Shown here one piece after another: positions 24,361-37,766 of a stretch of 64,000 bases of DNA. The DNA comes from Tubiluchus corallicola (taxonomy: Eukaryota > Animalia > Priapulida): NCBI GenBank assembly GCA_030141605.1, contig JAQGDQ010000002.1:2356001-2420000 (forward strand), given 5' to 3'. The position numbers and the translations under genes were made by a program. Numbering within the stretch: the stretch's first letter is position 1; the number at the start of each line of letters is the position of its first letter. The notes beneath the pieces are model-generated. The model did no database searches. It saw only the letters and a program-made list of their open reading frames with translations, and was not told the DNA's origin.

Positions 24361-27300
24361 CATCATATAATTGTTACGGTGGGTAGACTTTATTATCAAG
24401 TTCAATGCTCCTCCCTCATCAAAACCTAATTTTTTTATTTTTCTGAAAGTACTACTTTACTACTTTATCCATCTAGATTTAACTGAACTATAACTGATTA
24501 TCAAATGTGGTGGAGCATACTATATGGTCAGTGTTACCCATTTAGAGGCCCTTGTTCATTCAAGATCAATAGTTATGGGGAAGCATTTTTTTACATGTGA
24601 AAGTATTTGTTTTGAAAGATTTTCACACTTTTCCAGCCTTGCCCTTGAGCAACACACATTTGTGGAGTTGTTTGAAAACTGTATCTCTTCTAGATTATAA
24701 CTTGCGTCAGATGGAGGTGAGAGTCAATAGCTAGCTTTGCTTGATCTTTTCATTCCATAAATTCCTGATGTAGGACACTCTTGTCGACTTTTTTCATATC
24801 TGGCCATTAATTAGCAACAATTTTTATGTTCACTTGTTGCCGTATTTGCACTTTTTACATCTTTTACCCTGTTTGGGGAAATGTTTCCAAACAAATTATA
24901 ATTCATCAGCTTGTTGGCATATTGTATTTCTACACGCTGAAACAGATTTTAAACAAAATAAGTATATACAAATTGTCAACGAAAATGTACATGAAGTGAA
25001 ATAAATAATAATAAATACTGATGAAAAAATAAAAATATTTCAAAAAGTTACAAGATTGCATCGATGTCAGTTTAAAAGGCACATTCTTCAATTAGACGAA
25101 GATGCATATTTATAGTGTTGTATTTATGAAATACTCGCTTGACTGTACATTATTATCTCCACATCAACTTGTTATAAAAAACTATCTTGGGGCATTGTTA
25201 TCTTATGGTTGGTAATTTTGGACACCGTATCCATCGATGAAAATATCAGTTCCAAGGTTTGGGTTTACACAAGACTTAACACACTGTTTGTGACCAAACA
25301 TAACAGTGTCTCGACAAAAATAAATTTGAAGCATGGAACCTGCAAAAGTGCACCTCGGTGCATCCAGATCTGAAATACAAAAGAATACGTTAATATTAGG
25401 GGTGCTACTCTGAACTTTATTTAAAAGCTTAAAAAAATGTATACTCCTGATACACGTCTCATCCCACCGAATGAAGGCAGTTCTAAAAGGGCAAACTTGC
25501 TCTACAGTACTTTGTCAGTTTGTGAATTAAACCTGGTGGTGTATGATATAGGGAGTGGGAGCTTAAAAAGGAATAAAAAGCTGCATTCCGCCCCATCTGT
25601 GTACAGAGAATTGATCAGGTCAATCAGTGCTATTATATAGCAGCTGCTTTGGCTTTGATTGGACTACCAATAATCGCCTAAAGCCATGTTTTTCACTGTT
25701 TGATCATGTTGAAATTCCAAATGAATATTCCACTCTTGCCTAAGCAAACTCTGCTAGCACCAACTACTAGTGTCAATAAAGTCAACCTAAAAACATTCAC
25801 TCTGGGGACACTTAAAATGGACTGTAAGCATTAGTCTGGCTAAAACAAAGGATTGAGTGTACTTAGTGAGGCGTTGAGTAGTGATGATTGATTTCTCAGT
25901 CATTTCAGGAAGTGAATAAAAATACCAAGAGATAAACTGGTTTGCTGTTATATAAAATCTATTCCTTTCAACACTAATATTGTCATCGACACTTATGGTC
26001 CAGTTCAGAACATTTGTTTTGGGAAACTGTACTAAATGCAGCATAATTTACTAATTTTTCAATCATTGTTGAAAGCTTGAAACCAAAATCCAATAACCTT
26101 TACTTTGCTATTACTAATACTCCCAAAATTAGTTCTATATGTTAGACAAATTTCACAAATATCTAACATTTCTTGGAGAGCTTCAACATTTGGGGCAAAG
26201 ACACAGCTCAAACAATCCAATATTGCAGGCTAACCTTATTCATATCTTAAGTTTATCCGATAAAAATCTAGAAATCTGTCTTTGCAGACTTTTTTTGATA
26301 TATAAGCACTTGTAGATACATAACTAATTTTGAATTGTCGTTTTACAGATTACACAGCAATGTTAAATGACCTAAGTCATATGAATTAGACACTAATAAA
26401 GTGGTGTAATGCTAATTAATTGCATCATGAAATATACATCATTGAAATTGTAATTTTGCTAGTTCTAAATTTGCTTTTAATCCATGTCAGTGTTGATTGT
26501 TATGATATTACAGGAAGAGAACAAACCACCTTTAATAGAATGGCAAAACTTATCGTTGCTTTGACTTTGGCATACTAAAGAGAAGAGTGCTGAATAGTGC
26601 CTTGCTAAAGAATGATATCAGTAAATGACATTACAACTCACGGGGGGGGGGAGGGGGGTCATTGAGCATTTATAAAGTATAAGGGGAAACGTGCCACATG
26701 AAAGAGACTGTTGATTGTTGTGCATCAGGAGAGATTAGAAACCGTCTGTGACAATTTACCTTTTGAGTGGACATTGTAATGAAATTGTTAGACTTACCGT
26801 GTCACTGGCGTAACGTGATTATTTGCTCGTGTGGCTTGCTAAAGATTAGCACTAATTGTTTGTCACGCGCTTGTCTAGTCCCCATTCGGCGAGTTCCTGT
26901 GTTAGTACTATTGCAAGAGTATTTTATACTATCTTTATTGCTCCTGTGTAATACAGGTCGGCATATTAGGAGAAATATTATTTCTTTGGCAATATTATTA
27001 ATATTTCTCTGGCTTTGGAATATTTTACTCTCAGTTTGGCTAGTGTATTGTTAGAAGTTCCTGTTTACGTAGAGCATCCATGTTTTTACAAAAAATATGT
27101 AAAGCTGTCATCACTTATCAAATGAAAAAATGTGGAAAGAAAAAAGTAAGCAGCAGGTAGATTGCAGATCTTACGATTTTATTCGGATATATTACATATT
27201 ATAATAGTGCAATTGATAAATTTTTATTAGTAATAATTTACATTAATTAATGAGCATATATAGTACAAAATCTGACGAATTTCTTCGTACGAAAAACCAG

Positions 27301-27469
27301 GTAGGTGATTTTCCCCTTCAGTAAACCGTAACAGCTCATGTGCAAATATATCACGATTGCTAATAGCAGCGTTATTAAAATTGGAAATATTTTGCGCAAT
27401 AAATATCCCATTCACTCCGAGAGTTGTATAAGTAGAATTCATGTTTAAAAGAGACAGTGTCTTTAAAAC

Positions 27470-27950
27470 AAAACTTTTTGTACGATTTATACATGCCAAC
27501 ATGTCCATTTCCTGGTCTACCATTTCGCACCATACATTTGTGCCGAAATAGAGCTTGCTGCTTCAATGGTTTCACTTATTCATTCCTTCCTGCAATGCGG
27601 CGTTTACCTGATCTGCATCCCGTTGGCTTTGTTGTTGGTATATGAAGGTTTCCAGTATTTAGACAAATGTCAGTTATAGATTTAGCGTAATATTCTACTA
27701 TCTTGGTGCAGTCACAGTCTCCACAATATAGAGTATCTTCTATGTATTGCATGTTCTACGCGGCCAAGTTAGCATCAGTACTCGATTTGTAGTTGTTTAG
27801 ATCTTGTTCAGTTGCTGTTGACCAAGAATGACAGGGTACGAAAATTCTCTCATTTATTTTGTTGGCTATCATTTTACATTTCATCGTGAGTAAAACGATA
27901 ATATATAGGTGAATGATCCGACATATTGTCAATTTTATGATTTTCACTGG
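27470..27950 (-). mobile_element. Non-LTR retrotransposon ORF2 fragment (end of APE endonuclease plus linker)
   Basis: DNMSDHSPI (APE terminal SDH motif) followed by WSTATEQDLNNYK...LYCGDCDC...EYYAKSITDICL...HIPTTK...RRIAGRNE*VKPLKQQALFRH...NGRPGNGHV, resembling the PGWNxxVKxxxxxAxFW...GxP pattern of RTE-X-like LINEs. Confidence 0.75.
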
Positions 27951-28449
27951 TTAAAACCTCGCTGGTTAACACCGGTTAACAAGTTGTTCGAGAGTATAAA
28001 TGATCAATTACAGAATAACTATTGAAACCTTTATTAAAACAGGTATAGTTGATGTCCGTGCCAGTGATGTCTAACGTGAACACAAGATTGCATTGGTTTA
28101 CAAACTCATTGAATTTGCGTACTTGACCCATGTTTCGGTTTATATCACAGTTTAGATCATCTCCTGCTAAGAAGAAATAATTATATTGCTCAGCTATTGT
28201 TGATATTATATTCTAATATCGTCTATCGTTGATAAATTCTTCGTCTACTTGGTTACTAAACGAATCTGTTGGCATATAGCAGTTTATTAACATAAGATTT
28301 TTCTGTAAGTTGTATCTCGATGGCGCTTATTCTTGCTGAATACAGTCAATTTTTAAAATTAGAACTCTAATTATATATAAAAATCTAATTATAACTTCAC
28401 CTGCAAATCAGGTGAAGACGTAGTGACAGAAATTTTAGCATACAAGTGA

Positions 28450-29700
28450 CAGTTTTCTAAGTTTGATATGAAACGTGTGAGAGAAAAACAGGTTTAAAGT
28501 TGCTTTGAGGTTGGAGGTATCATTTAAGCGCGATATGTCTTCTTCAACCGAATTCAAAGCTTAAAATGTTTCAGCATTTCATCAACTGGTAGCAGTCAAT
28601 AATTCATTTGGTACTATATTAACAATTTATGCCCTCGTAAGTTTTTAACGCGAGTCTCGTGGCTATTGTTACTACATAACGATGTTACCGTATGGATGCG
28701 TCCCAGTCCCTTAGCATGCACTTCGGATCTTTCCATAAATCATTGCTCATTTGTTCTAAAATGCTTTCAGACGATTTCTGATGTCGTCCCGAGTAGCCTG
28801 CAGACATCTGTTATTAAAATAGTAGCCAGCAGCAATAAATCTATTAAATGTTTTGTGCTGTTAGTATAATTTACGGCAGTTCTGTGTCTATGGGGAAATC
28901 GTGGTCGGCTTACTGCTGAGCGTAGTCATAAAAAATGCGGACAGTAACTACGTTTGAACATAAAAACATTACCAACCTGAAGTTTGATTTGATAAAAATT
29001 GAAAGTTGTTTACAAGAGTGCAGAATGAGTGATAGCTTGAGAGTTGAATAGTTTAGCATAGAAACTATCTCAAAGCATCCTTGAAAAAATGCAATGTGAC
29101 AAAATTGCATAACAACTTGCATTACTTTTATTTTGTTTTCACATAACCATGTGTGAATTATCACATACCCGCTTTCACATAATTGTGTACAATAATACAG
29201 TCACTTATAAATGAATTTACGTAATAATGTAATGTGGGAAATCTCTGGTGAATCAAACTCACATTCAACCGAGAGAACTTGTTGCTTCTCTGATGGAGGG
29301 TGAATTTGGTTTATGTACATTCTGAGATGGTCTTTGCTAATCAAGATGTCTGCCATCAGTTTTCTCTGTGTTTCAGTTAACAAAATAGTCTCTGAACTAA
29401 AACTTTGCAGTGTGCTGTAAGGTTGCAGATTTTCTGCTTTGACAGATTACGGCACGAGGTTATTCAACAGTTAGGTTGGAGATTTTCAACGCTCTGCTTT
29501 TAAACGTTTAGGTAGATATGCCACTTATTTCGACGAAGAATTTTACATCGGAATGTAAATTGCCAACTGACCATTTAACTTTTTAAATCATTCAGCGTCG
29601 GTTTAATCTGCAAACGATTCGGCGAATGTAAGTTCCGTATTATGTAGGATTTCAATATCCAGGTGCTAACGAGGTTTTGACGACATTCTTGATAACTCTT
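28450..29700 (-). mobile_element. Decayed LINE 5' region (ORF1 end plus endonuclease)
   Basis: RMYINQIHPPSEK (ORF1 C-terminus-like), IIHTWL (cf. ITETWL), CFEIV and STKHLIDLLL (cf. TLIDLI), in the expected order. Confidence 0.4.
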
Positions 29701-29884
29701 TAATAAGAGATTTGAACTAATCTAGTCGTTGCGCTCACGAGGGATGCCGGCAGTATAAATTTCGCGTGCAGAAAGTTATTTGTGAGAATTGTGCAATAGA
29801 TTTCCTCTGTCATGTTGAAGCGGCGGCTGGAGAGCGTGTTGAGAGTGGGCTTTCACTTAATTTACCTAATTTTTTTCTTTGCAG

Positions 29885-29898
29885 GTTTAGTGAGTTGA
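29885..29898 (+). CDS. POLR2G: RPB7 terminal coding exon 8 ((G)LVS*)
   Basis: Branch-point-like cctaat, polypyrimidine tract, then gcag|GT TTA GTG AGT TGA gives the conserved C-terminus GLVS*. Joined CDS is 519 nt (172 aa). Confidence 0.88.
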
Positions 29899-30598
29899 TG
29901 GCCACATATATGGTATTGAGAGGCAGACGCGCAAACTCTGCAAGATACAATTATCGTCGTTCATTATTTCTTTTACTGTGTATGTATTGACCTGTTTTTT
30001 ATGCATTACATATGTCTTTGTCACAGCACTTCGAGTTAAAAGTATTTTTTCATAATTATTAATAATATCATCTAATTTTTCATTTTGATGCGCACAGTAC
30101 TTAACAGATAATAAGGACGAAACTGACGTCGTTCAATTGGTTTCAGTGACTTGTCCCAAAGTCCACTTTATTTGTTTTTACATGTAACCAGATGCTTTTA
30201 GTTTATCGTGAAACAGAAGCGAAGTTACGGATTGCCTAGAGGTTACTATGTTGATAATGTTGTGTCTGTTTGTAAACTAGAGCTTTTAATGTATGGCTTA
30301 ATCATTTGTAGTGAACTGTTAGATTGACATTTGAAACTTTGTATTTAATATTTGATGTAATAATGTTCGATCTAATATTTATTACTTGCTTATTTGTAAT
30401 TCATTATTTTCAAAATACAGTCCTTCCGACATCTGATTTATACTACAGTATACTATTTCTTTGTCTTTAACGACTTTTTCTGGTTATTTTTTGGACCAAA
30501 ACTAATAACGATTTGTAAAATAAGCCATTAAGTTAGTCTTCGTTATGTTGACGTGCGGTACACGGTGTGAGTTTTTGTGAAGTTTTTGTCGAAAAAGT

Positions 30599-30647
30599 TT
30601 GATAATAGCATTTGCACAGTTTATTGATAATAGCATTTGCACAGTTT
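30599..30647. repeat. 25 bp tandem duplication
   Basis: ttgataatagcatttgcacagttt occurs twice in tandem. Confidence 0.9.
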
Positions 30648-31149
30648 TGGTATGCAAATTATGCATGAGATTATCTTTCACTGAGTTAAAAAATAGAAAT
30701 TTTTAATTGATAAGAAATTTCATTTAAAATAACGATCATTTAATAGTAGCAAAAGAGGTTTTTTTCGTAGTCGTTTAAATAAATCATTGTATTAATCAAG
30801 CTGAGATGGTCATCAGCTTGGTGTTAAATGTCCGTTTAAAACCTTTAAACGATACAGATTGAAATGCATTAAACGGGGGAATCTTTTATACGTTTGAAAC
30901 ATAACATATTTTTGCAATTTATAAAGAGAGTCTGACCAAAGTCGGTCTGATTCAACTGCATTACAATAATAAATTTTATAAAATGCATTATTCAGTTTCA
31001 TGTTTTCCAAGCTGTTGAAAATGAATAATTATTATTAGACTGTGTTATTAATTGTAATTTCAATAAACGACATGATAAGCTGGTTTATTAACACACACGA
31101 CAGCTTGGGCGGCAACTGTTTACTCCTTTCTTGTTCATAGTTCCAGGCA

Positions 31150-31350
31150 ATAAATTCTTTCAATGGGCGACTTCAAGCAAAAACCCTTTATGAAGTGGCC
31201 TCTTCACCGCGACGAAATTTTCCCGATAAGAAGCCATTGACGAGGTCTTTGGAAAGTTAAGAAGGCGAATCCAGGCTGGAGATTCTTACAAAGGAACAGT
31301 AATTGTACAGATACAGTGATGCGAATCATTGAAGGTTAAATGGGTACCTC
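31150..31350 (+). mobile_element. RTE-like LINE 5' endonuclease fragment
   Basis: GLWKVK (cf. GTWNVR) followed by RLEILTKEQ*LYR (cf. KLxxLxxExxRY). Confidence 0.35.
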
Positions 31351-31802
31351 GTAGGCTGGCAAATCCCATCCTTCACATGGTACTCCTCATACTGGCTTAT
31401 TTTCTGTGTGCCCCCCTATATCTTCTTCACTGTTCTGCCCCTCATGAGCCAATTATCGATTATAATAAAGTTAATAGTGATTTATATCGGTTTTATGTTT
31501 TTGCAAAGTTTATGGCGCAGTTTATGAGCTGGCACGAATATAAATGACAGAAACAATTACAGGCAAATGTGTTGAATATGAAACGTCTCTCGTCCATGGG
31601 GCATTTCATTAATGTCTAGGATAAAGTACAGATGTAGTGTGACCCTCTATGGTCAAGCAAAACGCCTATGGGTCGTCTGGGTAAATTCTTGAGTCGTGAC
31701 ATATAAAAAGAGGATTGTGATTTCTCAACAGCATCTAAATATAAAGGCAATTTAAAACTACAAAAATATTGAAACCTAATGGGAGCTTTCGGATTGTAAT
31801 GG

Positions 31803-31895
31803 CGATGATAGTAATAATGTGGATGATGACACTATTTGCTGATGATGACGGTGTTGTTGTTGTTGTTGAAGAAGAAGACGATGATGATGATGATA
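31803..31895. repeat. Compound GAT/GTT/GAA trinucleotide repeat
   Basis: Directly visible. Confidence 0.8.
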
Positions 31896-34800
31896 AATGT
31901 CATGACGCATTGTGCTGTAGCTGAATCAAAGAAGTGGCACACCCTTCTTGAATTCTATACTCGTGCCAATTAGAACTAAGTCAAGTAATATGACTATTAA
32001 AAATGTGGTATTAAATTCAAATCCGATCAGGCCAATTCAAAACTTATATCAGCAATTACTCACTTTACAAATAAAAACATAGCAAATGCTGCATGTGTTA
32101 TCATGGTGGAATGCCAGTTGCAGTGTTTTGCTAATTGAGTTTTACGTTAAGTGGGAAAGATTTAATTTAACTTTTGACTCTGACAGCAAATCCTTGTTCA
32201 GGCACCATCTTTTGTGCGTGGCTCTACATTGAAAACTTTCACATTTCTCTCGACATGCCATTAATTTTGCAGAAACATTTTTTACTGCGTCACATTAAAA
32301 CTAGCGACATCTTAGGCGAAAATCTCTTGAAATCGTTTAAAACGTGACGGAGTCGCATTTGTCACTGTTATCGTGCTGCTTTGTGATGCGTCCCGGCGGA
32401 AAATCCGGACTGCATTATCGACGGATTACCGGGCCGACACAGCGCTCCGTAATCCCGGTAGTGAAATCCCAAACAAAAGCGGTTCTGTTAAAAAGTATTA
32501 AGCATTGGAACCAAATTTATGCAATCAGGGAACGTTTTATCATTGAGTCAGTCTGTTCTCCGAATTTAAAGCATATTAAATGGTGCCAATCACGAAAATA
32601 GCTTTAGAAAAAGCCTTCCTTAGGTCTAAGCACCTTTCATAATTCTCTTATAGAAACCTGTAACACTCTCAATTAGAACTTGCAGTTTATTTCAGTTAGA
32701 TGCAAAAAAATATAAAAATCAGTCATTAAAAGGTTTAGTTTGTAAAACTGCTGCTTTGTGAGCTGCAGTGATGAAACAAGTTTTACTATAGGTGACTCAC
32801 GTGAAACTTGTAAAAAAATTACAAACGATTGAAAAATTCAAAACAATTAACCCGTGTTTCAAGCATACAAGTGCGTACAATCAAATGTCTTTTATAAAGA
32901 AGCAAGACGAGTCATGCTTTATCTTGGGTTTGTCAGTCACATTCCGATTTGTCTCAATGCAACATATCAGTTAAACCGAAAAAGTTTTGAGGCGAAGTGG
33001 GTTTTTTGAAACTTGACACTTGCACTGTATTCAGAAAATCGCCCCATCTTTTCCTTCTTACCTCTTTTCTATTTATTTGCATGGAATCGATTTTTTTATT
33101 TGCAGTTGTTTCTCTTCGCCGTACTATTCAAGACTGTGTTCTCTTTTTCGCCTCCTTTTTTGCAGACGCAGACAGCACACGCGTCTGTTGTTTCTCAGGG
33201 CAAGCTAACCGCGTCGGCTACTCCATCATAGTCTTTATTCTGACATTCTGTGTACACGGCTTCGCTCTGACATTGTATCTATAGGGCTTCCTCAAACAAA
33301 TTTAATCACTATTCGACTAAATAATCCGATGGGAGGTTGTCGAAAGGAAAGTACTGCGGTTAGAGCGTACCTGCTCATTGAGTGGCGATATGAAACATCT
33401 TACCCGTTTAAAGTTTATTTGTAATTTGAATATGTTAAAGTCAAGCGAGAGCATGGGTAGTTAGTTAAAAAGAAACTACTCAAAACGGTTAGTCATTATT
33501 AATCTAATGTTTTTGCGGTTATGATAATTATACACCTAGAACATTGATATTTTGGCATTCTGGTTCTTTCGCAGCAGTATAAGGTATAGTTAGTGATAGG
33601 ACTAATTACGTTCATTATTTTCATAGCTTTAAACTTTCCAACAAATAATTTCCGTTTCTTTTTAACTTTAGACATCACCGCTGAGTCTTAGCTCATCATG
33701 CATATTACAAGAAATATAAAAACAGATTCTTTTTCCACGAAATCCGATCCCTGATTGCATCTCTTTTTTCTGCAAAACTTAATAATGCTCAGTTTCTCAC
33801 CCCTTTAGAACAAAATGAGAACAGCCCATGACATTGATGACACGCGGTTTAGTGAAGACTTTCAGCAAACAACCTTTCATTTTCACAGCTTGTTTGCCCA
33901 GCTGCTAAACCATTAAAGTTTTTGCGCCGACGTCCAGGAAAATGATTTTTCTCTGCAAAACTCGGCTATGTTGACGAAAGAAAGTAAAAACGTTACGGAC
34001 ATGCCAATCGGATGAGTTCATTAAAAATACAACTCAACAGACCGAATGGGGAAAATTCAATAACGATCATTCAAACTTACTAGACATGTTAGTAACCAAA
34101 TCTAAGCTAGCAGGCAGCTCAGCTGAGCGCGCCAATAAAATTAGGGTAGCAAAGCCCTGGAAATTATCAGACTAAAAAAGACAATAAATCAACTCTGGAC
34201 AAAGTTTCGCTAAACGGTGGCTCTTAGCGCCAAAATCATTCATGGTTGTGTTTGGTTGAAAAAGCTTGGAAGGCCCATAACTTTAATGCCTTATTTATTT
34301 AATAAACATAAAGAACTTACAGCTGTATGAGCAGCCTTGGTGCATCGATCTTGCTAACACCTGCTAAAGCTAATTTTCGTTTTAAATGGCATAGCTTTTC
34401 AGCTGCTTTCCTGTTTCTATCATTTTTGATGCCATCACACATTCGTTATGGACTTTATCTCATTTGCTAGATGAGTCTAGAATCTCTAGATCATCGGATC
34501 AATATACGTAACCTTGATTTTTGCATCTGAGTCAAACTACGGAAATGGGTATTTCAAAAACACGTAGCTATATTATCTCTTACATGATTGATAGTTTGCA
34601 CAGGAATTTATTTAGTAATCAGTACAAATGCAAATTAAAATTGGTGCGGTCGGTATTAAAACTGAAAATGAAAAATGCCATTTGGTTTGTCAAGCGCGTG
34701 AAAGTGTAGCCATTTTTTGTCACACCAATGATATACATGTTGTTTACCCTGTACCGTGTATTATAGCTCCCGATAATTTTTCAATCATTTGTCGTTCAAA

Positions 34801-35817
34801 ATGTTTTCAATTTCGATTTAGTCTTTCATCTGACTACTTTTCATGCTATTTTTGAGTAAAATTACAAAAATAATTGAAATTGACGATTTTTGCGAATATT
34901 ATTTTATTTCTGTTAGTAGTTTTTTCAGTTTTTCCGTTAAGTTACCTTTATTTAGTTTCATAAGCGCCGCAGGTATTTAGCAATTCACACAAAAAGCCTT
35001 AGAATAGGCCTGTTGAATTGTATAATTATGTAGGGTCTGTCATCTAAGTCGATATTGCCATAGTATTGCAACGAGGTTTGCTTTTACTCTTTCTCATCGA
35101 AATGGTGTCGATATGTGTATGATGACAGAATGTTGAAAACTGAGATTTAATTTAAAATAGACTGCAAGACATTTTTTGCATAAAAGGCTACTGGGCCATT
35201 AAAGACTGATTAGTTTAATAAGGTAGATATACACGAGACCATTCTTTCTCAAGGGAGTGACAATACAAAAGCCTGAGCGTTCCCGGGGACAGGTGATTAG
35301 TGCAATATACGAAATTTTACTTGATTTTGAACCAGCAGCATTTAATACAGTATGCGATGTTTAACTACTGGTCATGTAATTCGTTCAGTATCTTTGGAGA
35401 TTTGATAACCTACACATTTTTGGAAAACCAAAGACCTACTTAACACGAAAAATTATCTTTTCGTTTTTTTCAAAATCCCCGTGGTGGCTACAGTGGATTC
35501 TCAAACTAGCAAGTTCTAAAGAATGATTTTGGGTCAATTAATGCTCTAATGTCAAAGGTTAGATGTTTCCTTGTGAATGGCTAGGTAATATTTGTACGGG
35601 GGTGAACCAGCTACCAAATTCTGCCCAACTTCGAGGCATAGACATGAGCAAAATTTAAATATTGACAGTGGCCACTTTGAATTTCGAGGTGGTTGCCCTA
35701 TAGATTCTGAAAAAATAAAAGATAGAAAATTGATATTCGGAATATCGTCGTTGTTCCAAAAATGTAGGCCTATTATAGTTTAGGAAATGTCCAAACAATT
35801 TGAACGAAAACACGTAA

Positions 35818-36433
35818 CGGCGAGTTCTGACTAGCGAGTTTTCTGTGCTCTCTGACATGAAACTCGCAAACGTGAACTGCTAAAGTCTCCGGCAGTTGCT
35901 GGGTATTGCTTTCCTGGTAGCTACCGTCTAGTGTGAACGCCTCAGCGAGTTACTTTCAACACTTCTTGCTGTGAATAGAGAAGGGAGTGTCAGCTCGCGC
36001 TGACTGTCGGAGAGTAACTCGATAGACAGATAGATTGATAGATAGGCAGACACAACAAACAGATAGATAGATGAAATATTTTTTGCCATTTAAAAACTTA
36101 TGTATATAAAGAAAAAATATATTGCACGTAACAAATGTATACTGCGTACAGACGGTAGAATACCAGTCAATTATGTACAATGTATGCTGATTGAATGTAG
36201 AGTCCCTAACTGAATATTGCCAATAGCGCCATCTACAACTAATATTACGAAAAAATAAATTCAAATAAATATAAAATTACTGGAAATTAATAAACTATAC
36301 AGCTTATTTATAAAATTTAAATATTTACAGGTAATTAAGTGGTCGCAGCAAGTTTCGCTCTCTAGTTGGAACACTTCTGCGAGTTACTTGACGAGTTTAT
36401 TTGGCAAGAAAACTCGCTGGTCTGAACGCGTAA
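35818..36433. mobile_element. PIF/Harbinger-like MITE
   Basis: Ends CGAGTTCTGACTAGCGAGTTTTCT and reverse complement CGCGTTCAGACCAGCGAGTTTTCT. TAA flanks both sides (35815-35817, 36434-36436). Internal CGAGTT/AACTCG repeats. Confidence 0.7.
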
Positions 36434-37766
36434 TAAGGAATAACATGCGATAAAACGTTATCATCACAATCACAAGCCAGCTTCCTTTATCAATTTAACA
36501 GAAACGAACTCAGCTGGTTATTTACACACGCAGAAAACATTAAAGATAATATTACATGAGTTACATGATATATATTATTTCGGACAATAGAGACCTCGAA
36601 TAATATACTTCGCAAAGATTCGGCTAATTGAATTAAATGAATAATATTGCATTTAAACATTATGGGAAATCCAAACTGCTCTTACTTCTTAAATAATTAT
36701 AAGTTACAATGCATAATTCTTTGGGCCTTGTATACTTCTCTGGTAAATTAGTTTACCCACGTTACAATTGGCCAACCTCTTAGCAGATTCGCGGACTTGT
36801 CGAACTCAAGCGCATTACAAATCTCGGCAGAATTTAAACGATCAAATTAACAGCCAGTAATCCGAGTTCACAGTTCTGCCGGCTCTAATCCGGTAATGTG
36901 TTACTTGAATTTATTGCACAATTTAGCTTTGAATAATCAGCTTTCAAAAATCTTATTAACCCACATGCTCGCCCAAAGTGGTATCATCTAATATTAGGTT
37001 TATGTGAATCTGACATAATGCGTGGATGCTTTTTAATTTCTACGGAATGCTGCTTGTGTTTAGATCAAGGAAACACATAAACATTATGACAGTTAGCATT
37101 TGATTTTTATTTCAGTAACAGTGCACTGTGTTGTTTTTCTAATACATTTCTGTCAGAGAGGGTTAAACTGCGTGTATGATGTTAATCGACAAAATGGAAT
37201 TAGTGCTTTAGAAATTGGACGAATTCTGTTCCGCGAATTCGCTTGAGCTGACTATTATATTATAGATTTGCAAACACAAAGCGAATCTGCTTACATGTGC
37301 TCATTACGATATGATATAGATGAGATGAGATGAGATGAGATTGAGACAGGGGTGTTATAAGAGACATTGCTGCATTCAGAAGCATTGCTAGATAGGTCGT
37401 TGCTTCTGTTTTATAGGACAACGGATTGGCAGTCAGAAAAATCATAGGCTGAAAAAATTGAGTACCAGATAGTAACTGCTAGCTTTTACTCACTACAATT
37501 TGTTTCCTCTGCTGGTACCTTTACTTATATTGTAATAGGTACACATTATCTTTAGTACGGCCATTGTTATGGTGTCACACAGAAACAAAAAGAAACAATA
37601 TACTATGCAAACAGTATACTATACAATAAACAAAAAGAAACAAAGTACTACTAAAAATCTATGTAATGACTTTATTAAAAGCTGTTGATCCACCAAGTTA
37701 CAAACTGCAAGGTCCAAAGCCACGATTCTCTCTTCCTCATTGCAACCACAACAGTCGTTATACAAA

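Noticed and set aside
27227-27523. 98 aa minus-strand ORF as a nested gene
   Set aside because: Its start overlaps a LINE ORF2 relic read in another frame; no recognisable domain or splice structure.
32997-33284. Overlapping ORFs with acceptor-like sites
   Set aside because: No recognisable protein, no partner exons, and all minus-strand frames close before the GTAAG donor.
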